A stretch of 64,000 nucleotides of DNA from Octopus vulgaris (taxonomy: Eukaryota). Below, one piece after another: positions 1 through 13,639 of the stretch. The position numbers were made by a program, and so were the translations under genes. Each line of letters begins with the position of its first letter. Within the stretch, counting starts at the first letter, position 1. Under the pieces are notes generated by a model that had not been told where the DNA came from, ran no database searches, and saw only the letters and a list, made by a program, of their open reading frames with translations. The stretch lies in NCBI GenBank assembly GCA_951406725.2, contig OX597821.1:53382001-53446000 (forward strand). The letters are read 5' to 3'.

Positions 1-304
1 GTTCTACAACGAAGTGTGTGTTCTCAAGATTAAAATCTCAGCAAAAACCAAAGAATGTAGAAATAAGCTAGGCAAATGAAAATATAGAAAATAAAGCGAT
101 TACCTACGTATCATGGTTTCGTTATTAACACTTGCATAACGCAAAATACAAAATGCAAATATCTGTAACTTCTCAGCGTAGTATGTCGCATTTTAAAACA
201 TATATTTCACAGAACTATGCACAATTGCTACCCTCATTATTTAATATATACCTATATATACATATACATTCATATACATCTATATATATATATATGTACA
301 CACA

Positions 305-356
<52 letters not shown>

Positions 357-360
<4 letters not shown>

Positions 361-560
361 TAATCCAAACAAGAAAGCACAAAAAAACACAACAAAGCGA
401 GGACGTGGAACAAATATAGTATTATTGGACGCTCAGGAAAGAAAGAGGGTTTCACGTTTCGAGCGGAGCTCTTCGTCGGAAACATAGAACGAAAGATCCA
501 GAGAAGGGAAGACATAGGAAAAAAAAATCGCCAACGGTACGCACGCGGTCACATTTTGAA
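357..560 (-). mobile_element. ~200-bp non-coding repeat, family A copy 1; Penelope pLTR-like, with a minimal hammerhead motif
   Basis: Homologous to 25799-26007 and 58527-58727. Flanked by (TA)n. The minus strand has a hammerhead-like motif and a U/G-rich 3' tail. Confidence 0.75.
449..483 (-). ncRNA. Minimal type-I hammerhead motif, variant core, H17 mutated to G
   Basis: Minus strand: GUUU-CCGACGA-A-GAGC-UCC-GCUC-GAAAC-GU-G-AAAC. Stem I GUUU/AAAC, stem II GAGC/GCUC. Confidence 0.6.
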
Positions 561-603
561 TCATATATATATACACATATATATACAATTTTTTAAATCG
601 GAT

Positions 604-1724
604 TCAGCTTAAAGATGTAGTCATGCTGAGGTACCGCCGTTTTGTTGCAGTGTTATTATTGAGGGCCTCCTTTGATATGTAGAATTTGGTGAAGGAGCGA
701 GTTTGATATCTTGCCCTCATTTGCGCCTCATGCCTTGAGGTAGGTTCGTTTGGGACTCTCAACAGGAAGAGATCTAGATTTGTTTTCAAAATACTTCTAT
801 CCACTTTGTGTAGCTCTCGGAGGATCCTTGGGAAAATTTAAGAAATAGATGTGGGCTCTTGAAACCGGGGCTGTTGCAGTAACTGTTCTTAAGGCGTGAC
901 GGCATTGTTGGGATCTAGGCATTGTGAATTGATCACCCGTTCTGGTTATTGTGTAGCTTTAAATGACAAAATGTGGCGCAACTCCTCCCCGCAAGAATCT
1001 TCCAGATGTATATTATTGCATATCTCTTTCACCTGCGAATAGAGTCTTGGCTGTTTTAGTTTTTCCCAGTAGCTGAGCTTTTACAACGAGACGATCTTCT
1101 TTGTGAAACTTTACTGGATTGCTTCAAGGTCCACTGCTAATTTTACACTGTGCGCTGACAATAGTTGGGTGATGTATTTAAGAGGGTTTCCTTCTCTCTG
1201 GATCTGAAGGTTCTCAGGATCCATCCATCCAGCCGTCCCCTTGGAAAGAGGTATCAACACTCATGTCCATACCCAGGTCACGCACTTATTTAGGTTCAGA
1301 GAATGTGATCGTCCTTGGCATCTGCTCTGCTTTCTCCTTTATCGATTGGGCACATTATTCCCTTCTGCAGTTTCCTTGGCAGCTAGCCATTTACAAGAAA
1401 TCCTGGAAGAGAACCTGTTGTGTTTTCTCCAGGACACGTTTACACGATTGGAAGAGGAATGCTGGGAAGCCATCAGGCCCAGCAGTTGAGGGCCTTGGCT
1501 AGTATTATATCTTCTTCACCAATGAAATTTAGTCGGCAAAGAAATCCACTGGTTCGTTCACTTTTTTGTGTTTCAACTGGGCGGTAAAGACACTTTTGAA
1601 CCGCTCGTTTAGTATCTCCTTGATCCTGGTTGGGTTATCTGTGAGAGAACAATCCTTCTGGAAGAGAGGTCCTATTTTGCAGTATACTGAGGCTTTTTCG
1701 TTGGCATAATGAAAGAAGGCCATC

Positions 1725-1725
<1 letters not shown>
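604..1725 (-). mobile_element. Decayed CR1/L2-group LINE fragment (ORF2 region, internally deleted)
   Basis: Frames give 'FFHYANEK..KIGPL..LTDNPTRIKEILNERFKSVFT', 'STAGPDGFPAFLF' and C-terminal 'LDLFLLRVPNEPT'. Related to 41985-43345. Confidence 0.8.
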
Positions 1726-1773
<48 letters not shown>

Positions 1774-2162
1774 GTGTGTGTGTGTGAGTCTGTATATATA
1801 TATATATATATACATACACACACACATACATTAACAGTGAGCCTGAACCTTGCTTCCTTACTTGCAATGTTACCCGCCCAAACTGGCGAATAATGGGAAA
1901 AATACTATGAATATGAATTAAGTTGCCCCTGAAATGTGAATACGAACATAATAATCAAGTTTCACGTTAGTCCAACAACTGGTTATTGAGATAGTAGGGT
2001 TTTCGTGTTATAAATACCAAAAACGGTGCATCATGTGAAAATCTCCTAAAATAACTTAACTCTGAAAGGGAAGAAACTCTTACACTTTGATTAGACAGTA
2101 ATTTTACAACGAATATATATGCACACACACACAATCATATACACACCTACAACATATATATA

Positions 2163-2235
<73 letters not shown>

Positions 2236-2280
2236 GTGTGCGTGTGTGTGTGTATGCGTGTGTGTGTGTGTTTGTGTGCG

Positions 2281-2311
<31 letters not shown>

Positions 2312-3061
2312 ATAGAGAGAGAAATGCATATAATACATACATGCTAACATATATATGTTTCATTAGTCGTTGAATCTGAATGTGTGTATTTGAATATTTA
2401 TGAATGGGAAATTACTTAAAATTAGTTTTAATTTATACATCATTCTATTTCCAGTTAATGAAGATTTTCGAATTTTTTCAAGAGTTTCTACTTTCGCTTG
2501 TTTACGTAGTTACTCTCGAGATTCTCTAAAGCAGTTATCCCGTCGAGCAAATTATTTTGGAAATATAATTGAATGATTCGATGAAGGTAGTACTCTGTTT
2601 TCGCCAAAATCTGTTACTAAACCTGTTTTTAAATGTTAGATTTTCATAAATACTATGTAAATTAGAAGACTGTATGCAATATAATATAAAGGGATATCTA
2701 CTGACTTTATTGAGTATGTGCCGAAATATCTGGTTATTCAGTAATTTAATTATATAAGCAGCTTCAAATGCAAATGTTACAACATCAGAAGCTGCTTACA
2801 TAATCGAAATAAGTAAATATTCATAATTAAAATATGTAAATATTCATATCTTGTTAAATTAAAGTCCTTTCAGTATATATTATGTAAGAAATTTAAAGTA
2901 ACAGCTTATCAATATTTACCTGCCTTAATTGTATAAGATCAGGACACAGTAAAAATTCTGAATGGATCATTTGTAGATATGCAATTATATTAAAATCCAT
3001 TCGTCTGATTTATCTCCGAATGACACTATAAGACGTCAAGCTAGCGCAAACGTATCAGAGA

Positions 3062-3765
3062 TAGATATCAGCCACTTATTTTATCTTTCCTAGGGCGCCT
3101 ACGACAACAGGTATTGTTTTAGTCCTGAGGCTCCACATTTTGCCAATTTCTATTTAAAGATCTCTATATTTGCTCAGTTTTTGGTAGGTGTTGACAAATA
3201 CATTTATGTGGATTCAGTGTCATGATTTTTGTCTGAAGCCCTTCACTATTATATCAGGCCTATTTGCATCTATATTTCTGTCAGTTTGAATGATGAAGTT
3301 TCAAAGGAGAGAGATGTTGTCAGTTTCAAGCACTGGTGGTGGTTTGTGTTCCCACCATTTTTCATCATGGCGTAGACCCAAGTTTTTGCAAATTACCCAG
3401 TGAATATGTTGTGCTGCTCTATTATGCCTGGGGAGATACTCTGTAGACGCAAGAAGACTGCACATGGACACAACATAATCAATGGTTTCATTTTCTTGCT
3501 TACATACATGGCATGATGGGCTAATGCCATTTTTAATATGTTGACCTGGTAGCTCCTTGTAGGTAGGCATTGATCTTGTGCTGCTATGATAAACCCTTCT
3601 GTTTCTGATTTTATCCAGAAGATGCTAACCATTGATTAGTTACGGCTTTGTCAACATCGAGACTATTAGCTCTCTTTGGGTATTTGCCACTGAGAAGTTA
3701 TTTTGCCATTTATCAGTAAGAATATCTAAGGCAGGGTTAGCAAGGGTTTTCATACGCTTAGCTGC
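3062..3765 (-). mobile_element. Decayed R4/Dong-like non-LTR retrotransposon 3' fragment (CCHC knuckle plus restriction-like endonuclease)
   Basis: 'KSETEGFIIAAQDQ', 'CHVCKQENETIDYVVSMC..RHN', 'QTDRNIDANRPDII', 'KLSKYRDL..IPVVVGALG'. Frameshifts and stops are present. Confidence 0.85.
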
Positions 3766-3854
3766 TTCTTCTTATTATTATTATAATTATTAGTTAATGT
3801 TGGGTGAAATTATAAGTTATTGTCATTATATGCATCCAAAGTCTCCATTTATTT

Positions 3855-3901
<47 letters not shown>

Positions 3902-6464
3902 CATTTCGATACTTTGTAAACGTTACTCTACTACTCAACGAAAAGCAAATCGGCAAGGTGTGGTTTCCGGAATATTCGATGGTTCTTTTCTTGAACGAGG
4001 ACAATATAGACATTCAATCGTTAGTTAAAGCACGCAACAGCTACAGTTGTTGTGTGCATCTTCCATCCTTAACTATCCCATCATAAGGCTTTAAACAAAA
4101 CGACGTCGTGTAAAGATCTCTGTTTAAAGACAGGAGGCAGCATCTACAGTGGTTACTGTTAGTACCATTATTAGATTTATTTTCTAATTCTGAGATGATT
4201 GGAATGTCAATGACCTCCGATGACTGTTTAGAGGCTAGAAAAAATTAACCTTGACATTATCGAGATGATTTTACATCGACTTATTCTTTTCAATTAATAA
4301 GCCAAAGAATTTCTGTGTATCAAAACTGAATGAAGATTTTAAAGAAAAATTCATTATAAAAGAATCAGCAGGGGTTTTTCTTTCCTCTATTTTTTCATCG
4401 AGAAACTGAAGCTGGGTTATCAGATTCTCATTTTGTTTTTCTTTTTGAATATTTAAAACAGAACTGCCCAAGTGAGTGCGTTGAAGGAGAAATTGTGGAA
4501 ATTCTGGATGTAATACACACACACACACACATATATATATATATTATGTTGAGGATATTGGACACAAACATTTTCACCAGAAGTTGCAATAAGATGAAAG
4601 CGAACGCTTTATCGGATATTGAAAATGCTTACGTCTTTTTGTCCGTTGCTTTTTGTTCGTTTTGTGATAGGGAAATTAAATGTTTCTATTAACAAAGAAT
4701 CGATTACAAGCTTTTCTATTGTGAATCTTATTAAACCCTCATTCAATTGGGAAAAACACTGGATTTTTTAATCTCCATGTATATATTTTACACATTCTTT
4801 TATTCGTTGAATGGTTTCACTCATTGGGTTTCGTTATGCTGAGGCACAGCCGTCAAGGATGTTAGTCGATAATGTATCTACCCTAGGAGTTTTATTTCTT
4901 CGTACCATAAAATCTTTAGAAATATTCCTGGTGAATTCCCCACATATGATAATAGAGTTTCTTATACAAATGCCTTACACAGAAATGCTTGTCAAAAAAA
5001 ATATATACGTGTGAATGTGTCTCCCTAAAAAGTTTAACATGTAAACAATCCAACACAACATGTGTAAATGCGGCTCAGCCTACTCCAGCCTACAAAGGCA
5101 AATATATGCACAGGAGCCACAAGCATAAAGGGCACTCGATATATGTAGCTTTATAACTTCCCCAAAATACATCTTTCTAAAATAATATATATGCAAGTAT
5201 CCATACTGAAAATAGACTAGAAAATACCAATAAATATACATAGCAGCCTTGAATTTCAATTCTTACAATTTTAAAACATACAGTTTATATAATTGAATGG
5301 AAATCAAATAACAACTTCTGTAAGAGAACATCTGTTGAGCATTTCTCGGGTGTCTAATTCAACTACAAAAATATTTTTGTGAAACGTGAGGCACAAAGAA
5401 TCTCATGACCTGAATCTGACATTCTGAAGCTGAACGCACCTGTTTACAATGTTATTTTCACGCTTAGCTGAACTCTAAGCAATAACAGAAAGACCCCTTC
5501 AAACAAGACAAAATTTTCCAAAAATGAATTTTTATCAACCGTCACCATCAAAACATAATTTTCTCCCGTCCTCTGTTATTCCACTTTTTATATATTTTCA
5601 CCCAGCTGACACAAACACCAAGCCTGATTATCGTTTGTCTTTCCTCCACTTAATCCACTTACCTTAGAATAAAATTCCCAAAGACAAAAACTGAAATGAT
5701 CCCAAGTGCAGTGAAGTGTGACGGTGACTAGCAGGGTGAGACTTTGAAGTCACTATCAGACCCCTTCTTGTAACAGTCTAATAAACATGTAATCTACTAA
5801 AAAGTATTGAGTTATTCTTCAGTTTAATGTGCAATTGTTTTATATAATACTTTGCATAAACGCACATACGCACACACTCGCATATGCAGTCACACACGCA
5901 CACACACATATATAAAACGTTTCATTCGTACACATACATATTCATTTGTGTCTGTAAAAGACTACGCTGTCTAATGATTTTCAAAGTTTTAGAACGGAAG
6001 TAAAATTTGCTACTATTTCGGATTTAGCGACCAATTCTTTCACTTGCTGATACTTTAATTTTATTGAGTGTGAAAAGTATGAAGCTACTTGGACGAGATG
6101 ATTAAGAGAGAAAATATACCATTTTTCCAAAATAGATTTAAGTGTTCTGAGATTTTTTTCAATCGATATATTATATTCCTGTCTGGTTAATGTTGCTTAG
6201 CAGTAGTTGCAATCTAATTGAGTAGAGCGTTGATCAAAGTCTAAGCACCACGTCTGTCCATTTTTTTTTCTTTCAGGTATATCCTACCCCAGACTAAAGT
6301 ACTTAGCTGATATATATAGTAGGTTTTTGACTACAGACAACCATAATTCTTTGTTTCATTTCCTGCATAGTAGTACTTGACTTTTATCCAGAGATGAAGT
6401 GAATTCTCGACGCAAAATTTCGGGTCACATGATCGACGTGTTTCAAAATACGATGCTGATAAAA

Positions 6465-6624
6465 GGTGGTGACCTGGCAGAACCGTTAGGAGACTAGACA
6501 AAACTTTTAGTGGCATTTCGGCAAATGTCACGGTGATTGATTTGGCCTTTCATCCTTTCGAGATCAATAAAATAGGTACCAGCCGAGCAGTGGGGTCGAT
6601 GTAGTCCGCTTATCCCTTCCCTGC
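6465..6624 (+). mobile_element. tRNA-derived SINE family B, diverged
   Basis: Head 'ggtggtgacctggcagaaccgttag' and central 'gcctttcatcctttcg..ataaaataggtaccag', shared with other copies. Confidence 0.75.
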
Positions 6625-6730
6625 AAAGGCAAAGTCAACCTTGGTTAAATTTGCTCTCAGAGCGTAATGACGGACGAAATGCAACCAAGCATTTTGTACG
6701 GCATAATAACGGTTCTACCAGTTTTACCAG
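6625..6730 (-). mobile_element. SINE family B, 5' half
   Basis: 'aaaggcaaagtcaacc...ctcagagcgtaa..gacgaaatg..aagcattt' matches 18740-18840. Confidence 0.7.
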
Positions 6731-6879
6731 TACCACCACCGCCCCGCCGCTGGTGCCACTAGCACTACCACCGCTGCCACCGCCAGCACCTCCACCACCA
6801 ACAACAACAATTGTAATAATCATAAAACAAACCAGGAGGCAACATCGAAAATGATAATGCAAGGATCCTATGGGATATT

Positions 6880-7290
6880 ATGAGTTAGTGCGACGATGAG
6901 ATAGATAATAGGAAACCAGGAAAAGTGTTAATTGAGAAAGAAAGCAAACGATGCTGGATCATAGATATAGCCTGCCCAGCTTACAACAGGGTATGCGATA
7001 AGGAAGAAAGATAGATATGACAGTTGAGCTTGGGAGGTTAAGCAGCTGTGGTCCATAAAAAAGGTGGTAGTTGTACCAATAATTGTCGGAACCCTGGGAA
7101 CAGTGTGTAAAAATCTTGAGAAGTACATGGAATAAATAGGGCTTCAATAATGGAGGGGCACTTGCAGAAAACAGCACTCCTTTGAACCACTCGAATTCTC
7201 CGGATAGTGCTCGAAAAATAAGGGGTGTTACCTTAGTTCACTCGTAGTGTACAGGTGACACCATAGTACATCTCCAGCGTTAGAAGCTGT
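6880..7290 (+). mobile_element. R4/Dong-like retrotransposon 3' end (RLE domain and 3' UTR)
   Basis: 'ECDDEIDNRKP..IIDIACP..EVKQLW..KVVVVPIIVGTLG..KNLEKY', followed directly by (CAA)n(TAA)n. Confidence 0.8.
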
Positions 7291-7291
7291 G

Positions 7292-7322
7292 CAACAACAA
7301 CAACAACAACCACAAAAACAGC

Positions 7323-7412
<90 letters not shown>

Positions 7413-7440
7413 AAGAAGAAGAAGAGAAAGAAGAAGGAGA
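7292..7440 (+). repeat. Compound (CAA)n-(TAA)n-(GAA)n microsatellite
   Basis: Seen directly. Confidence 0.95.
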
Positions 7441-8413
7441 AGACTGGAATCCCATACATTGATGATAATAGTATAACATCAGAAATTCTATAACAGTTCG
7501 TGAATGTCAAACAGACCGAAGTCGAAGATGGCAATGATCTTCCCAAGATTCGCAAGTCAAAACAAACTGGTAAAATTATACGTAGGGTAAGAGAAATTAC
7601 AAAATCCATCTCGAGTGAATATGAAGTAGATCTCACTGAACAATGTACTTTATGTTGCTGCTTCACTACCAGGTGCACTGTCTAGTATTCGAGTAAAGAG
7701 AAAGACCCAAGATATAATGAGGAAACCAATATGAAAAGAGAGAATTAGAAATAAAATTAGCGTACTAGAATTTAATATTGACATACACAAGGACATCAGA
7801 AACCAAAATATATTAAGATAGCAAAAGTTAAAAAGCTGGAAAGAAAATATAATAAAAAAAGAACGGGCGAAATCGATAATGCAATTGAAGACATCGAGCA
7901 AATTGTTCAAACCAAAGCAGGATTCGTAAGGAGGCTTAAAAATGATCAAACTTTTTCAAGAATAACAATTCAGAAAGTTTTTATAGGAAAATTGCAGAAG
8001 ATAATATAACTATTAAGACCACACCTACTGAGTTGGAAGTACAACAGTTTTGGATGTCGTTCTTGTTGCGACCTAAAAAACACAATTATAATGCTCCCTG
8101 GATTTATCGACAGGTCAGAAACTTTGAAGATATTAAAGAACACATATGGAGGATCTCAGGACTGCACTGAGAAAATTTAGCACACGGAAATCACGTGGGA
8201 AAGATGAAATCCCTAACTTTTGCCTGAATCCCTTGATTGAATATCATGGAAGATTTAATCACTTCTATAATAGCATTACGAATGACCCTGCCATCTCACC
8301 CAATACTACTCCTTCATTGATTAAACAGAGCAAAATTAATCACCACACATTAATTTGGACTATCGACCAAATATATGTGTTACAGTAATTAATAACACAG
8401 TAACGTCCATCGT

Positions 8414-8478
<65 letters not shown>

Positions 8479-9050
8479 CTTATGCTTAATATGATATTCC
8501 CCAATAAACAAAAGCATTGTAAACGTGACTCGTATGTTTGTAAAGACCAACTTTAACAACAATAAATACAAACGGTGCCAAAACTTACCGACTGCATGGA
8601 TTCATTATAAAAAAGCGCTTGAGACGCTTTTTCAATAGTTGTATTGAAAAATGCTGGGAAATATATAACATTCATCCAGTAATTGGTAATTTTCTGTCGA
8701 ATGATATGAAGCAGTAGAGGACATCTCCTATACTGAATTCAGAGACAGATACTATGAATGCATGTGACATAAACATGATCTACAGAATTTCCAAGGTGAC
8801 TCTCTGTCCCCACTAGTATTTTACGTAGCCCTATTCATCTAAGCTGTTAAATGATTCAGAAAACGGGTACATATTATATGATACACCAATCAGTTACCAT
8901 TTATACGTTGTTGATCTAAACCTTATCACAAAATGTAATCAACATTTAGAACGTAATTGAAATAAAGAGACCAGAGAGTCAGTAGATGACAGAAAAACTG
9001 CAAGATAAAATAGTTTTTAATATCAGGTAATAGTGCAGTGGATATTAAGG
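7441..9050 (+). mobile_element. Highly decayed R4/Dong-like RT fragment, interrupted by (TA)n at ~8419-8478
   Basis: 'LPKIRKSK', 'DLRTALRKFSTRKSRGKDEIPNF', 'FQGDSLSPLVF' (~8790) and a degenerate 'LYV(D)DL' (~8900). Confidence 0.7.
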
Positions 9051-10214
9051 AAACTCTGAAAATGCAGAAATTTCAGAACCTAATCAAATAGATGAAGAGA
9101 TTACAAACACAATGGTAAAAAATGTTCCTGTGAAAATTAGTGCACTCGCCACAACCCACGTTATGGGCTTGAGGAATAATGTCGATCGACAGAAAAGTAA
9201 CAGTGTATTTTGCAAAAATCTTTAAAAGCATTCTTGACATTTAATCTCAGGATATGCACATATGTGTCTTCACAGAACTTCTGGATAATATATCTGGTAA
9301 CTAGATTAGCATGCCATTGACTTTGCATGATAAAATGTTGAAAGATGATTACTTTTTATCTTCCGCCATTGGGACGGATGAGGGTAAAATATAGACAGAA
9401 AAATGGAAGCAATCCTTGTGGTATTTAGGTATGGCACTTTAAATTTTGAGTACGAATGCCGCCCGAGCAACTTTGATTGTTGCCATCCCTAGGTTGTTAA
9501 GAATGTATTTGTTAATTGCTAGCGTTGATTTCATCTATGATATCCTTCCCCCAAATTTTAAACATTTTTCAAGCCTAAGAAATCAATTACATTTGTACAT
9601 TTTGCAAAGTGATTATATTTTCTGTAGTGTCGGATGTAATACAGGGAAAATTTGACTGTTGATTTTTACAAGTTATTTCATCATATAAATATTCTCTCTT
9701 TAAATCATTGTTGAACCATTAATGGCGCTGAATAGAATGTCCCAATATCAAATCTTGAAAATGAATTTTTGGGAGATCTCAGCCAGCCATTATGGTCTTC
9801 AGTATAACTATGTTATTCTTCAGATACATTTCTAATGTATTTCAAGACCGATACGCCGTGCAGCCAATAATTTTCCATCATACTTTTCCAATGATACTTG
9901 TATATATAGAAATATGAATATTACATTACCTTAAAACTGGAATTCATATAAATGTTTCTTAATATAATTTCTTAATATGTTCTTGAAACGTGTGGCAATA
10001 TGGGTTCTAACTATCATGTAGTTTCCTTTTTGAGAGAGGAATAAAACAACGGCTTCATAAAATGCCATTGAATCAATTGTTCATACACTTTCCTAAGTGA
10101 ACGTTACAAATATTTACTCTTAACCTAAGAAAAACGAAAGTTAACGTCTTCGACATATTACTAGTCTCTCGTTCTCACTCTCTTAATGTTTATCGTGTAG
10201 ATACGCCAATATAT

Positions 10215-11297
10215 AGGGATTGCGTGCACTCAAACATTTCTTTGACCTTCGATTCAACCCCCAACCCGACAATTCCACACTCGTTCGTCTAGCCGAACTT
10301 GTCCTCTCATCTAACTGCTTCTCGTTCGCTGTTGATTTCTACCAGTAGGTCTCGGGAGTGGCCATGGGAGCGAGAATGGGCCCCAACTATGCGAACCTGT
10401 TCGTTGGCTATGTTGAGGCCCAAATATTCTCAAGTTTCACTGGTCCCACTCCCGAACTATATGGTCGTTATATTGACGATTGTATGTGTGCGACCTCACT
10501 TTTCTGCGAACATCTAGACTCCTTCCTCTCTTTTGTCAAATTCTTCCATCCTGCACTATCTCTGGCACCTGTCTCTTTTCTTGACATTTCGTTCAGCATT
10601 CATCACTGCACTCTCACCACCTCCATCCACTACAAACACACAGACTCTCACTCTTACCTCAACTTCTACTCCTCCCACCCTAAACACACCAAGCTTTCCA
10701 TCCCCTATTCCTAATTCCTCGTCTATTCATGCTCTCTAGTGACGACCATGACTGAGACTCAGTCTCCACTCATGGCTCGCCAATTCATCCTACATGGATA
10801 TCGCCTCACTACTATCTACACCACCCTTGCAAAAGCACGTTCATCTGCTCCCTCCCTCCGAACCCACCCCGCCGTCTCCCACGTTCCGTTCCCCTCACCT
10901 ACAGCTCCACCACACTTCCTCTCCAACGCATCATTCTGCGAGTCTTCCGGTGATTCCAGTCCGATCTCTTCACTTCGAACATCTTCCCTAACCCAACCTC
11001 CCAACCCGGCTCATTCTCCCGCGCTCGCTCACGTTGTCGCACTTGCCCTTACCTCTCCAACACCACCCTCCTCACCGGCACCCATCATCGACCGTATCAC
11101 ATCACCGACTCCTTCACCTGCACTTTTATCAATGTCATTTACTGCATCACCTGCTCTCTGCCCTTCTCTATACATCGGGCAAACAGAACGTCGTTTGGCA
11201 GACCGGTTCGCGGAACACCTCCGAGACATCCGACTCGGCAATGACACCCCGGTCTCGCGCCATTTTCGCTCTGCCGGTCACTCTTTGCAACACCTGT
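10215..11297 (+). mobile_element. Penelope-like element fragment (RT C-terminal part plus GIY-YIG endonuclease), frameshifted
   Basis: 'AMGARMGPNYANLFVGYVE..YGRYIDD..SFLDI..YKHTDSHSYLNFYSSHP..SIPYS' and 'LYIGQTERRLADRFAEHLRDIR..PVSRHF'. Confidence 0.9.
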
Positions 11298-12289
11298 TAG
11301 GATTGTCCTTGCGTATTTGTATGCTTCTATGTGTTTGTGTGTGCGTATTTGTATGCTTCTGTGTGTGCGCGTGTTTTTATGAGTGCACCTCTGTCTCCTG
11401 TGTGAGCGTGTTTGAGTGTCTATTTATATGGGTTTGTGTTACTACGTATCAGCAAGCTATACACCTAGACACAATCAAACACGCATAGAAAGGAGACAGC
11501 AGAACACACACAAATACACAATACACATATACTGGATATACATGCACAAACGAACATGCACACTGACGCACACACATGCGCACAAATAGATAAGACGAAC
11601 GGACCTTCAATGATCGACAGAGTCAATATCCATTGATAAAGTTGCAAGAGCAACAAAGATTTTGGACGAAAAAATATAAATAATAAAACTCCTACACATA
11701 TTTGAGTTCTGTATATCCGGCCCTAGCCAATGCAGCATCTCAATACGGTACGTGTACGTTAAAAACTTCTTCATTCGCTGATAGTACTGATATTGTATTT
11801 GAAAAAAAAATAGAAGAAATGACCATCCCGAAATACAATATCTGTTTCAACACAGTCTCACATCAGGAGTCTTGCAAAAACATTTCATATATATATATAT
11901 AGGCATACATATATATTAGCAGTCGTCAAATTTTGTCATGGCCACTCTTAGATAAAACTTTATAACCCCAACATTTTTCACCGTAACGACAGCTGTTATT
12001 ATGTCTTCTCTCCTTTTCCTTTCTTCCCTTTCCTGTCTTTTTCTTTCTACTCTTCAACTCTAGTCCACACGCCCTTTTTTTTCTAGACATCTCCACTCAG
12101 ATAACGCACTACTGAAGTGAAGTTCCGAGCGACAATATAAACTTCATTTCATAAAGGTAATATCTCAGCTTCATGATTAACCATGTTGAGCATAGATTGT
12201 TGCATAACTATTACATCATGAGCTTCAGCTAGCTAAAAAAAAACATATTCGGCATGCATTTTACCTGTTCCACTCCCTCAATTTCGATT

Positions 12290-12870
12290 TGTATTTGCAT
12301 GTGTAGCAGCTGTAAGCTATAATAGAAAGTATGTTTCGACTCGATGTTGGAAATATTGTAGAGGCATGTTGGCGTGTGACTGTGGTATAGTGCGCTGAAC
12401 AACATCAATTCGGTGTATGAGACGAGCGATGTTGTCTTGCTTCAGTTCCTCACTTACCGATTATTGGAGTGTAACATTAACAACAGTGTACTTCGTGCTT
12501 GAGTTACCAAATTTGATAATGCTGGATTACGTTTGGCTTTGCATGACCAACATTGTTTGGCTGTCATCTATGTGAGTGGCAGGAATTAAATACTCAAACC
12601 TTTGAGTGCGGCATAGGCACAGCAAGGTCTAAGGTGGTGTACGTGTGTTGTCAGCTGTCAGTGGTTTGAAGTTCATTAGCAGAACCAACATCTTATGGAA
12701 GCAATAACATAGTTCCTTCTTCATATTGATGGATGCTGAGGGTCATTGGAGTATGGTTAGTCTGTCACAGAGACAGATCTGCAAGCCGGAAACTCCTAGT
12801 ATGAAAGAGATCTGAATTTGATATTCGATTTGATGTTGGGGAAGCTGTTTTGGTGATCTTGACGTCTATA
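12290..12870 (-). mobile_element. Possible decayed LINE 5'/endonuclease-start fragment (RTE-like?)
   Basis: GC-richer block with a weak resemblance ('VVNVTL..EELKQDNIARLIHRIDVVQ') to an APE N-terminus. Not firm. Confidence 0.25.
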
Positions 12871-12942
12871 GATGATGCAAGATATGAAGATAGATAGTTT
12901 CCTCTCCCTTCACTTTATCTATTTACATATACATACTTCTGC

Positions 12943-13087
<145 letters not shown>

Positions 13088-13091
13088 GTCA

Positions 13092-13639
13092 AGCGTAAGA
13101 GCATCCACATAGTGGATTCTCTCTTATAGTTCTGAATCTCAGTCTTTTATACGCTAGGCCACTTGGTGTTTAAATTGGTGTTATTAAATTGATATCCAAT
13201 TTTTTCACCCTTATTTTGACTTTAATTATAAATCAATATGTTTTCAAACCGGCAGTAAATTACTTATGCAGTATTTATATCCGGGAATTTAGCGCGCCAG
13301 AACAAGCGCATTTGAATGTAACTGTGAATATAATCGGCCAAACTATTCGGCTCTCTCTAGCCTCCTGTTGATATTTGACGTGTAGTTCGACAAATTATAT
13401 TTTTGACGTACTTTACAGAAGATTCGAAGATATTTATGTAAGTAAAATTACATAATTTATTAACGATGAATCAATTGTATAGGGTTAATCTATATATTTT
13501 CGTTATTTTTCATTTGTCCTGCTCGCTTACGTTCTTGGTGTGTTGAATTATTTATTGAGAACAATTCTTAGTGGTGGATTCCCTTTGCGGATCTATATCT
13601 AGCGTAAGAGCGTCCACATAGTGGATTCTCTCTTATAGT

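Noticed and set aside
9180-10100. Possible decayed DNA-transposase sequence (similarly 4240-4480, 5030-5750, 59940-60230)
   Set aside because: No diagnostic motif could be read in any frame, so I left these unassigned.
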